A stretch of 64,000 nt of DNA, from positions 20,670 to 84,669 of the forward strand of contig JABZGZ010000001.1 of assembly GCA_015259105.1 (NCBI GenBank), given 5' to 3'. A model generated the notes under the pieces. It ran no database searches, was not told the origin of the DNA, and saw nothing but the letters and a program-made list of their open reading frames with translations. Source of the DNA: Atopobium sp. GTDB lineage: Bacteria; Actinomycetota; Coriobacteriia; Coriobacteriales; Atopobiaceae. The position numbers and the translations under genes were made by a program. Shown piece by piece: positions 19,775 to 28,135 of this stretch. Numbering within the stretch: the stretch's first letter is position 1; each line of letters starts with the position of its first letter.

Positions 19775-21487
19775 ATGATTGAGTTCAAAAACGTTTCATT
19801 TGCATACGGTTCTTCAACTGCTACACAATCTATGACCGATCCTGCTTCAAAAGACTCCATGGGAGCCATTGAGAGCCTTTCTCAGCCAAAGATGGCGCCA
19901 ACCCTGGATAACGTTTCATTTAACTTAAAGCCTGGCTCTAGAACGGTTGTGCTTGGCCATAATGGCTCAGGCAAGTCAACGCTTGTAAATCTTTGTAACG
20001 CATCGCTCTTTCCGTTTTCTGGAGAAGTTTTAGTAGACGGCTCCTCAACTGCCGAAGTACCGTCTACTCAGATTTCTTCGCATGTGGGAATGGTTCGTCA
20101 AGATCCAACGGCGCAGCTAGTATGTGCAACTGTCTTTGACGAAGTTGCCTTTGGTCCCGCTAATCTTGGCCTGCCAAAAGAAGAGATTGTTTCTCGCGTT
20201 TCTCAAACACTTGAGCTCTGTGGCATTGCCGATTTGTCCAACGCCCAAATACATACGCTTTCTGGTGGTCAACAGCAGCTTGTTTCTATTGCAGCAGCGC
20301 TTTCCCTGCGTCCGTGCTATCTGGTCCTTGATGAGGCATTTGCTCAGCTTGATACGCGATTCAGAAATCACCTTTCTAAGCTGGTAAATACCCTTGTTGC
20401 AAACGGAATGGGTGTGCTTGAGATTTCTCATTCATTTGAGTCTCTTCCCGGGGCTGACCAGGTACTTGTTTTGGAGAAAGGCCAGCTAGTTTGGACGGGA
20501 ACTCCCACAGAGTTTCTCTTGGATACAAACGCTATCGCAAACGCTGGTTTTGATGATGTACTCACAGCAACAGCGCATGTAGCAGCGCAGGCTGGCTACA
20601 ACTTTGACATGCCTCTTAACGCATCAGAGTTTGTTGCGTTTCTTGTTCAGAACAACCTTGCGTTTGACGCTTTGGATACCCTTGTGTACCAGCGTGCTCT
20701 TGAGGTAGTGCGAGCAAATAACTATGACGGAATACAAGCGCTTGGAGAGGCTCATGAACTGGCAATTTGTGGCGTTTCTCATGCGTTTGACAAGCCAGTT
20801 CTGCACGATATAACACTTTCTTCCACGGGGGAGCTTACCGTTTTGGTGGGAGCTTCTGGTTCTGGAAAAACAACCTGCGCCCGAATAGCTGCTGGCCTCA
20901 TAAAGGCTGATGCTGGTCATGCAACAATTGATGCGCGGCTGGTAAGTCCTGGAGATGTCGGCATGTGTTTCCAGCGCCCTCAAGATCAGCTCTTTGCCCA
21001 AACTGTTGCTGAAGATATTGCATTTGGTCCAACTAACAAGGGTTTCTCGCCAGATGATGTTGAGGCGCTTGTTGCGTATGCGGCAGACCGTGTTGATTTG
21101 GATCAGCAGGTCCTGGACGCGTCTCCGTTGACGCTTTCTGGTGGTCAGGCTCGCCGTGCGGCTCTTGCGGGAACGCTGGCCTGCGCAACGTACGCAGTTG
21201 TGTTTGACGAGGCAACATCTGGGCTTGATGGCAAGGCGCGCTCGCAGGTGCTGCATCTTGCTCGTGAGCTTGCAAATGAGGGCAAGGCAGTTCTTGCAAT
21301 CACGCACGACGTAAGCGAATGGCTCCCTTTTGCCGATAGAGTAGTGTTTCTCGAGAAGGGCCGTGTTGTTGCAGACGTCGACGTACAAGAAGCACAGACA
21401 ACCCCAGAGCTATACGAGGCTGCGCAGCTTGACTGCCCGCTGTTTGTAAGCGTATTGCATGAGCTTTTGGAGGCTTGCTATGTCTAA
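19775..21487 (+). CDS. ecfA: Fused ECF-transporter ATPase (EcfA1-EcfA2 in one polypeptide)
   Basis: 570-aa ORF with two complete ABC cassettes: GHNGSGKST / LSGGQQQL / LVLDEAF and GASGSGKTT / LSGGQARR / VVFDEATSGLD. Confidence 0.85.
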   Translation: MIEFKNVSFAYGSSTATQSMTDPASKDSMGAIESLSQPKMAPTLDNVSFNLKPGSRTVVLGHNGSGKSTLVNLCNASLFPFSGEVLVDGSSTAEVPSTQISSHVGMVRQDPTAQLVCATVFDEVAFGPANLGLPKEEIVSRVSQTLELCGIADLSNAQIHTLSGGQQQLVSIAAALSLRPCYLVLDEAFAQLDTRFRNHLSKLVNTLVANGMGVLEISHSFESLPGADQVLVLEKGQLVWTGTPTEFLLDTNAIANAGFDDVLTATAHVAAQAGYNFDMPLNASEFVAFLVQNNLAFDALDTLVYQRALEVVRANNYDGIQALGEAHELAICGVSHAFDKPVLHDITLSSTGELTVLVGASGSGKTTCARIAAGLIKADAGHATIDARLVSPGDVGMCFQRPQDQLFAQTVAEDIAFGPTNKGFSPDDVEALVAYAADRVDLDQQVLDASPLTLSGGQARRAALAGTLACATYAVVFDEATSGLDGKARSQVLHLARELANEGKAVLAITHDVSEWLPFADRVVFLEKGRVVADVDVQEAQTTPELYEAAQLDCPLFVSVLHELLEACYV

Positions 21488-22256
21488 GTGCCCCTGTGCT
21501 CTGCTTAAGCGCATCTCGCTTGCCTCGTTGACGGCGCAGACAAAAATCGTTGCTACCCTCGTGGGAATTGTTGTCCTTTTCTGTGTGCAGCAGCCACTTA
21601 CATTTGCTGCATTTGCTTTGATTTGTGTGAGCCTTCTTTGGAGCGCTCGTGTAAGTTTTTTGGAGTTTTTGCGCGTGGCAAAGCCTGCGGCTTTTGTTTT
21701 GCTCCTCTCATTTGTGGCCAATACGCTGGTGTTTATTGGACACCCCGATATCATTTTCTCCGGATCAGTTGGACTTTCTGTGGCAGGCTTTTACAGGAGC
21801 ACTGTAGCTATTGCTCGCGTATTGCTTGCCTTAGCACTGGTTTTATCGGTAGCGTCAACAACCACACCCACGCAGCTTGCTGACGGTTTTTCTGTACTGC
21901 TGCTGCCTCTGCGCCTTATCCGTATTGACGTTGACGGTCTGAGTATTGCGCTCTCAATTGCGCTGAGGGCAATTCCGCTTACCTTAGAAGAGCTCGACAG
22001 AATTAGAGCAGCTCAAAGGGCTCGCGGGTTTAATTTTGAATCAGGAAGTATTGTTGAGCGAATCAAAAAGTGGTTTACGCTTCTAGTTCCGCTCACCGTA
22101 TCGCTCTTTCAGCGAGCCGATCAGATGGCGCAAACTATGACGGATCGCTGTCTTGGCGCCGCAAAACGTACACGCATTTCCGCAAAAATGCAGTTTGTAG
22201 ACTGGGTTGTGCTTCTGCTCTGGACTGCCGTGTGCTTTGGTCTTGTAACGCTGTAG
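21480..22256 (+). CDS. ecfT: ECF-transporter transmembrane component EcfT
   Basis: Polytopic membrane ORF that overlaps the ecfA stop and lies in the conserved ecfA-ecfT-truA context. Confidence 0.8.
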   Translation: MSKCPCALLKRISLASLTAQTKIVATLVGIVVLFCVQQPLTFAAFALICVSLLWSARVSFLEFLRVAKPAAFVLLLSFVANTLVFIGHPDIIFSGSVGLSVAGFYRSTVAIARVLLALALVLSVASTTTPTQLADGFSVLLLPLRLIRIDVDGLSIALSIALRAIPLTLEELDRIRAAQRARGFNFESGSIVERIKKWFTLLVPLTVSLFQRADQMAQTMTDRCLGAAKRTRISAKMQFVDWVVLLLWTAVCFGLVTL

Positions 22257-22304
22257 TGGTCCAACAACGCTGTAGCGGTCTTGCAACGCTGTAGCGCTGG
22301 CGTT
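22247..22304. repeat. Three direct repeats of ~19-20 bp (AACGCTGTAGYGNT...)
   Basis: The units aacgctgtagtggtccaaca, acgctgtagcggtcttgca and acgctgtagcgctggcgtt are contiguous. The first contains the ecfT stop codon. Confidence 0.65.
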
Positions 22305-22383
22305 TGTTGTCGCGTAGCGTGCGCTTTCTTTGAGCCTAGGATACAATCACTTTGTTGCGCCAAAAGTCTTTTCAGGGAGCTTC

Positions 22384-23280
22384 ATGAACTCAGAAATGTC
22401 ACAGAACAATGCATTAAACTGCAACGTTTATGCATGCGAAGAACCTTCTGCTGAGCCATCAGCTGTCGAGGCTCTCGCTGACGCCTCTGCTGAGCCTGAA
22501 GCAACGCTTGTCATCAAGCTAGGCTATCGCGGCGCTGCCTTCTGCGGCTTTGCTGAGCAGCCAACCCAGCGCACCGTGGCAGGAGACCTTCGTCGCGCGC
22601 TTCAGACCGTCTTGCGCAGAGAGGTTGAGCTCACCTGCGCGGGCAGAACTGACGCCGGCGTACATGCCCAGGCCCAGTACGTGAGCCTTCCCGTATACGG
22701 CGCTGAGCTGGCGCTGTCTGGCGAGAAACTCGTCCGCTCGCTCACCGCTCTGACCGACGATGACATCTCTATCCGACAACTCTTCCGTGCCCCACAGGGT
22801 TTCTCGGCACGCTTTGATGCCCAGGCTCGCTCGTACCGCTATCGCATTTGTGCAGATAGCGCTCGTCCCGTGCTGGGCTGGGACCACGTGTGGTGGTACA
22901 ACGGTCACTTGGACGCAGAGCTTATGGACAAGGCGGCGCAGGCGCTAGTGGGAGAGCACGATTTCAAGAGCTTCTGCAAGGCAATTTCTGCCGAGGGCAA
23001 GCCAACGCATCGTTTTGTGGAGCGCCTTACGGTAGAAGAAATTGAAGAGGCTGGCGAGAAACTCATTGCAGTTGATATTACGGGTAACGCCTTCTTGCAT
23101 AACATGGTGCGCACGATTGTGGGCACACTGGTTGAGATTGGCCGAGGTCACAGGCCTGTTGAGTGGATTGACGAGGTTCTAGCTGCTCAGAATAGAATTG
23201 CTGCTGGCAGTTGTGCACCTGCTCAGGGCCTCACGTTTGTGAGCGTTCGCTATGCAGACGGTATTCTGCAGCCCTGGTAG
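22384..23280 (+). CDS. truA: tRNA pseudouridine(38-40) synthase TruA
   Basis: The core LVIKLGYRGAAFCGFAEQ...GRTDAGVHA is the TruA catalytic region. The start is ambiguous: ATG candidates at 22330, 22384 and 22396 all give a low-complexity N-terminal extension. Confidence 0.8.
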   Translation: MNSEMSQNNALNCNVYACEEPSAEPSAVEALADASAEPEATLVIKLGYRGAAFCGFAEQPTQRTVAGDLRRALQTVLRREVELTCAGRTDAGVHAQAQYVSLPVYGAELALSGEKLVRSLTALTDDDISIRQLFRAPQGFSARFDAQARSYRYRICADSARPVLGWDHVWWYNGHLDAELMDKAAQALVGEHDFKSFCKAISAEGKPTHRFVERLTVEEIEEAGEKLIAVDITGNAFLHNMVRTIVGTLVEIGRGHRPVEWIDEVLAAQNRIAAGSCAPAQGLTFVSVRYADGILQPW

Positions 23281-23478
23281 CGCTTTCGGTTCCTTGATTG
23301 CGTCGTAGTATCTGTGTGCCAATCCAGCTCCATCGGTCTTCTCGCGCCGTTCACGAAGACTTTTCTACCACTTGTATTGTGTGCGGTGGTTTCCCTCGCA
23401 AAGAAATAGCATCATAGAAGAGAGCGTCTTTTTTAGGAGCTCTTGCAGAACTGATGAACAGTGAGGCAGGGAGCCAGT

Positions 23479-24219
23479 ATGTTTAGGAAAAGAGAAAGAT
23501 TTGAGCGCAGCGATGTTCCGCGTGAGAATCCCTATACCAACGTGATTGGCCTTGCCGTAATTGCCATTGTTGCTGTTCTTGTAGGTATTGTTGTTGTAAC
23601 TCTTTGGGATCGCGCGCAGCTTGAGTCTCACTTGGGAGATCATGGGCTTAACAAGGCTGTAAAGAGTCAAAGTGTTTCAGGTAATCCGGATGGCACTACA
23701 CAATCTGATGATGACTTTCTTACCTATGCCGTTATCAGCACAAATTCGCTTAAGGCAGGGGAGTCGACGCTTCAGTCTGTACGGCTTTTGGTCATTGATC
23801 GTACGCAGGGAACCGGCCATATAGTGTCTATTCCTACTGATGTGTATGCAGAAGTAGACTCAAACGCTAAAACACTGGCAGATATTTACAAAGATGACGG
23901 TCAGATCGCTTTTGTTAGCGCACTTGCTTCTGTCACCAACATTAAGATTACGCACGTTATCATTGCCACAGATGATGTGTGGGAGAAAATCTCGGCGCTT
24001 TCTGGTTCGGGCGCTCGTTCACTGGTAAGCAATGCTTCTAGTTTGTTGTCTTCAATGATTACCGATATGAAGCCCAATCAGCTTCTTGAGCTTGTAGAGA
24101 TTGTGCAGCCAATTGGCGTGTCTAATCTTGAGCATGATGAAGCTCCTGTTGTTGAAGGTTCAAGTGGCACTACCGTTGACCCTACGGCCTTAGGAAAGCT
24201 TGTTGGTATGCTCGTATAG
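23479..24219 (+). CDS. Membrane-anchored extracytoplasmic protein, possibly LCP-like (LytR-CpsA-Psr)
   Basis: Single N-terminal transmembrane helix (VIGLAVIAIVAVLVGIVVVTLW). Contains LLVIDRTQGTGHIVSIPTDVYAEV, which loosely resembles an LCP motif. Start set at the ATG after GGGAG. The family assignment is tentative. Confidence 0.35.
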   Translation: MFRKRERFERSDVPRENPYTNVIGLAVIAIVAVLVGIVVVTLWDRAQLESHLGDHGLNKAVKSQSVSGNPDGTTQSDDDFLTYAVISTNSLKAGESTLQSVRLLVIDRTQGTGHIVSIPTDVYAEVDSNAKTLADIYKDDGQIAFVSALASVTNIKITHVIIATDDVWEKISALSGSGARSLVSNASSLLSSMITDMKPNQLLELVEIVQPIGVSNLEHDEAPVVEGSSGTTVDPTALGKLVGMLV

Positions 24220-24391
24220 ACGTTATGGGCGTTGTGTGTAGCGCCGCTCCTACAAAACAGGTCAGATGTCCACATAACAGCAGTTAAACACGTTATGTGG
24301 AGAGATTTTGATAGAATAAAAATGTCTTTTTAATTCACTTTTTATGGGTAAACTGGTATCTAAAATTTAGGACCAGTTTGGGGGATGTGGA

Positions 24392-25432
24392 ATGCACGAG
24401 CGCTCATACAATCCACATATGATTTCGGTTCTCATGGCCGCTGATAATGATGCTGATGCTATTAGAACGGTAATTAGGCAACTTCAAGAGCAGACATACC
24501 CTCATTGGGAGCTCATCATTGTTGATAACAGCTCCGACCCTCAGATTGCTCGCATGCTGGATAACCTTGCTAATCAAGAGCCTCGCTTAGATGTCCTGTG
24601 CCAATCGGGCATTAGCCATTTTGTAGCGCTTGAGATTGCTCAGGGTCGTGCGCGTGGAGCTTATACGCTTACTACTGAGCCTTCTTATAGATTTAATCCT
24701 CATGTTTTGCAGAAGCTCTATACTGCAGCTACTGCCCTAGGTCCTATTGGTTCACCTAAAGCGGCAGATATTGTTATTGCGCACATGAAAACCGCCAATG
24801 CACCCATGGAATGCAAAAGGGCTTTTGGTGCAAAGGCTTCTGCATTGTCGCAGGTATTTGAGGAGTCACAGCTTCCTTATTTGACGTCTATGAGCGGAAA
24901 GCTGTGCTCAACGCGTATTTTGACCGATATCAAACATGAGCCAGAGACTGATGGTGAATGCAATTTTGTAGGCTATTGTTTTGAGATTGCAAAAAACATC
25001 ACGTACGCTCCTGAAGCAATTTTTGTAGATGTACCAGCAGATTCTTCTAAGAAAGAAGAAACTATTACTGCCGCTATGGATAAACTTACCCAAGAGCGTC
25101 AGGCACTTGGTGCTCTTGCCAAGCATCTTGGCTTTGCAAACTCCAAGAAAGTTCAAAAGTTGATTAGTCGTTATCTGATCAGCAAGCTTCTTAAAAACAT
25201 GTATCCCGTTTTTAACGGAGAATCCCAGCTTAGCCATGAGGAAAAAGAAAATCTAATTGTTAAGATTCTTTCTAATCCTGTAGCTCATCTGATTGTTACT
25301 GAAGCAACTTCTCCGCGATTGGTTGCTCATGCTTTGCTTGGTGCCATTTTGTCTACCACAGTACAGGCACGCTATGCCTATGCACGAAGAGCTGTATGGT
25401 ACGCACGCTTTATGCGTATACCACTTGCGTAA
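24392..25432 (+). CDS. GT2-like glycosyltransferase, possibly degenerate
   Basis: The N-terminus MISVLMAADNDADAIRTV...ELIIVDNSSD resembles a GT-A fold, but no clear DXD motif follows. Confidence 0.55.
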   Translation: MHERSYNPHMISVLMAADNDADAIRTVIRQLQEQTYPHWELIIVDNSSDPQIARMLDNLANQEPRLDVLCQSGISHFVALEIAQGRARGAYTLTTEPSYRFNPHVLQKLYTAATALGPIGSPKAADIVIAHMKTANAPMECKRAFGAKASALSQVFEESQLPYLTSMSGKLCSTRILTDIKHEPETDGECNFVGYCFEIAKNITYAPEAIFVDVPADSSKKEETITAAMDKLTQERQALGALAKHLGFANSKKVQKLISRYLISKLLKNMYPVFNGESQLSHEEKENLIVKILSNPVAHLIVTEATSPRLVAHALLGAILSTTVQARYAYARRAVWYARFMRIPLA

Positions 25433-25482
25433 GTAACTTCGTGTAAGGTTGGCCGGTATTTGACAGCTTGATGTTGCCGGCT

Positions 25483-26649
25483 TTAACGCCTGTCCATGAG
25501 CGATTTAAACGTCTGTGCAATGCCGTCATTTTTGACACGGAAAAATCCCTCTTTGGCTAGATAAGCATAGCGAGCAAACTTATCATCTTTAGGCAAAGCA
25601 ATACCTCGCACTTGTGCAAAGAAAGCTTTTCCAGAGCCTGAGATTGCTGGGTTTTCAAACACGTGCTTTGCATCCATGCGCTCAAAGCTCTTGGCGAGAA
25701 GATCGTGCACTTCTGAGTCAATCTGACCTGCAGCATCATGTTCTTCTCGCCAGATAAGTGCGTCTTTTGTAAGCAGCGCGTAGTTGATGCCGCGCAGTGT
25801 AAGAGCGTTGAGCACGACGTCTGAGGTGATGTTGCGTGCATCCACAACGTCCATCATGTCATTCCAGCGCTCAAGCGGAATTTTGGGCTGACGCTGCGCA
25901 AAGGTGGCAGCTTCTGCATAGCCATTTTCGCGATAGTTGTAAAGCGCTGAGTCTGTATACACCAAACGGGCACCACAGCAATGTGAGGCAATAAGGAAGG
26001 GATTGTCTACCCAGCCTGCACCAGGAACTTCTTTAAAGCTGATGTTGTTCTGGGTCAAGAATTCTTTGCGATAGAGTGCCGTCCAAATGGCAGGATGGTG
26101 CAACAGAAGCTGAGCCATCTGGTCAATAGAACAGGGCTGATGCTTGGGTTTGACGCGGCCCTTATAAGCGCAGGGAATCCTGTGCTCGCCAGAACCAGCA
26201 GCATTTTTTACCTGCGACTTTACTCCTGCTCGACCGTTTTTCTGATTGCCAAACACGCGCCAATACGCAGAACGAGCAATATCTACCTGGTCTTCTCCGC
26301 CGTTTGCTTGGATAAGATCAACAAGTTCTTGAATCATAGTTGGCTCAAGGTAATCGTCAGGCTCAACAATTCCTACCCATGTGCCATGAGCTGCGGCAAT
26401 ACCACGATTGCATGTTTTTCCGTAGCCTTCGTTTTCTTTGTCTATGATGACAAGGCGTCCATCACGGGCAGCATATGCTTCTAAAAGAGCTAAAGACGAG
26501 TCAGTTGAGCCATCGTTTAAGCAGATAATCTCCAGGTTGGTGTAGCTTTGCGATTGAATGCTTGCCAGGCACTGCTCCAGATAGTCCGCAACGTTATATA
26601 TAGGCACAACAAGAGAAACCAAGGGTTGGTGGTTTTGCGTGTGACTCAT
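25483..26649 (-). CDS. Family 2 glycosyltransferase
   Basis: VSLVVPIYNVADYLEQCL...LNDGSTD...EPDDY forms a canonical GT2 N-terminal domain. Confidence 0.8.
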   Translation of the reverse strand: MSHTQNHQPLVSLVVPIYNVADYLEQCLASIQSQSYTNLEIICLNDGSTDSSLALLEAYAARDGRLVIIDKENEGYGKTCNRGIAAAHGTWVGIVEPDDYLEPTMIQELVDLIQANGGEDQVDIARSAYWRVFGNQKNGRAGVKSQVKNAAGSGEHRIPCAYKGRVKPKHQPCSIDQMAQLLLHHPAIWTALYRKEFLTQNNISFKEVPGAGWVDNPFLIASHCCGARLVYTDSALYNYRENGYAEAATFAQRQPKIPLERWNDMMDVVDARNITSDVVLNALTLRGINYALLTKDALIWREEHDAAGQIDSEVHDLLAKSFERMDAKHVFENPAISGSGKAFFAQVRGIALPKDDKFARYAYLAKEGFFRVKNDGIAQTFKSLMDRR

Positions 26650-26722
26650 CTAAACTCCTTTTGATTGCTGCTTTATACTATATAGGCACTCACCCACTCA
26701 CGAAGTCACATTTTGGGGAAAT

Positions 26723-27712
26723 ATGAAGCGCACTGCTCTTGTCATAGTTACCTTCAAACGCCAGGAACTGCTCTCTAACCTGCTTAATTCCATTACGCAG
26801 CTTACGCAGGCACCATGGCGCATCATTGTTGTGGACAACGAGAACTCCTCTGAAACAGCCTCACTTGTGTCTGACTTTTCCGAGAAGGTCAAAACCTTGT
26901 GGGGAGAAACCACTGATGATCCCGACACTCACGGAGGTACTAATCGCGTGTGTTACGTCCCTATGGAGCAAAACACTGGAGGCTCCGGCGGTTTCTCTGA
27001 GGGTGTGCGCGTAGGTTATGAGCTGGGCGCTGAGTGGTTCTGGGTTATGGACGATGACGTTGCCGTGCTGCCTGATGGCCTTGATAAGCTTGACGCATGG
27101 TCAGACAAGGCTGAGGTCATCCAGGGCCAGCGCTACGACTTTGATGGCGGTCCTTTCTTCTGGCAGTATCGTTTTAGTACCGCTTTGGGCATCTATAATC
27201 CGCTGGCAAAGGCCGGTTTTGATGGCGTTGCGTACCGTGAGTGCAATGTTATGTGCTTTGAGGGCGCCTGCTTTAAGCGCTCTGTAGTGCAGAAGATTGG
27301 CTTGCCTGACGCGCGCTTCTTTATCTACTGGGACGATGCTCTGTACGGCTATTTGGCCAGTAAGGTGACACAGCCTATTTTGATTCCAGACTTTGTTCTC
27401 TCAAGATGTCGAGAAGTTCCTGGTCAGAGCATTGGTTCTGTGCGTCAGCTTAATTCAACTTCTGACATGACACGCTATTACATCACACGTAACCGCGGCT
27501 ATATTGCTCGTTACTTCCAGGTTCACGGTGATTACAATCCCGTACTCTTTGGTGTTGGCACTGCGCTCACCTTTGCAAAAGAGATTATTCGACTCATTTT
27601 GGTAGATAGAGCGCACTTCTCGTCTGGTCTTTCTCGCCTTATTAAGGGTTGGAAGGATGCACGTCTTATCTATAAAGATGCAACCTGGCGTCCACAACCT
27701 CCACTTGAGTAA
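26723..27712 (+). CDS. Family 2 glycosyltransferase (rhamnosyltransferase-like)
   Basis: Contains ALVIVTFKRQELL...IIVVDNENS and the DXD motif WVMDDDV. Confidence 0.75.
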   Translation: MKRTALVIVTFKRQELLSNLLNSITQLTQAPWRIIVVDNENSSETASLVSDFSEKVKTLWGETTDDPDTHGGTNRVCYVPMEQNTGGSGGFSEGVRVGYELGAEWFWVMDDDVAVLPDGLDKLDAWSDKAEVIQGQRYDFDGGPFFWQYRFSTALGIYNPLAKAGFDGVAYRECNVMCFEGACFKRSVVQKIGLPDARFFIYWDDALYGYLASKVTQPILIPDFVLSRCREVPGQSIGSVRQLNSTSDMTRYYITRNRGYIARYFQVHGDYNPVLFGVGTALTFAKEIIRLILVDRAHFSSGLSRLIKGWKDARLIYKDATWRPQPPLE

Positions 27713-27925
27713 GACTTAGAGCCGACATTTTGTGTCGGCTTTTTTGTTGCCCAAATGCTCAACAAAAGTGAGCGCTGAGGGGTGAATTGTGGCGCATTTG
27801 TGAAAGGCGACGAATGCCTACTTACAAAAAATCGAATTATTTTTTGACCATTAATAAATTTTGTAATTAGCGAAGTTTCTAGCTAATTTTCTACCTGCAG
27901 AGATATTGGTTGCCGCAACGTGTCA

Positions 27926-27970
27926 ATACATAATTTTGTATTCGTGTGGAAATTTCACAATATATTGTTA
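27926..27970 (+). promoter_or_regulatory. Candidate tandem NrdR boxes upstream of nrdD
   Basis: tcacaatatattgtta (27955-27970) matches the palindromic NrdR consensus acaCwAtATaTwGtgt at 13 of 16 positions. A weaker box, atacataattttgtat (27926-27941), matches at 11 of 16. The centres are 29 bp apart. Confidence 0.35.
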
Positions 27971-28135
27971 TAGTTCTCGAACCCAAACACTATAAGTTGT
28001 GGCATAGTAGTTCCCATCACACAAGCGGGTTCCCAACCACTTCGCTTAGGCAAAAGCTTAGGAACCGCAGTGATAATCCAATTAAACACGCATGAAAGCG
28101 TTGCTTTCACCAACGTTTGTTCAAGGAGTTTGCAC

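Noticed and set aside
20624-21388. 254-aa minus-strand ORF inside ecfA
   Set aside because: It is an antisense shadow. Its product is Arg/Cys-rich, low-complexity sequence.
23461-23478. Start of the LCP-like protein at 23461, the first codon of the tracked ORF
   Set aside because: The codon at 23461 is GTG and has no ribosome-binding site. The ATG at 23479 follows GGGAG.
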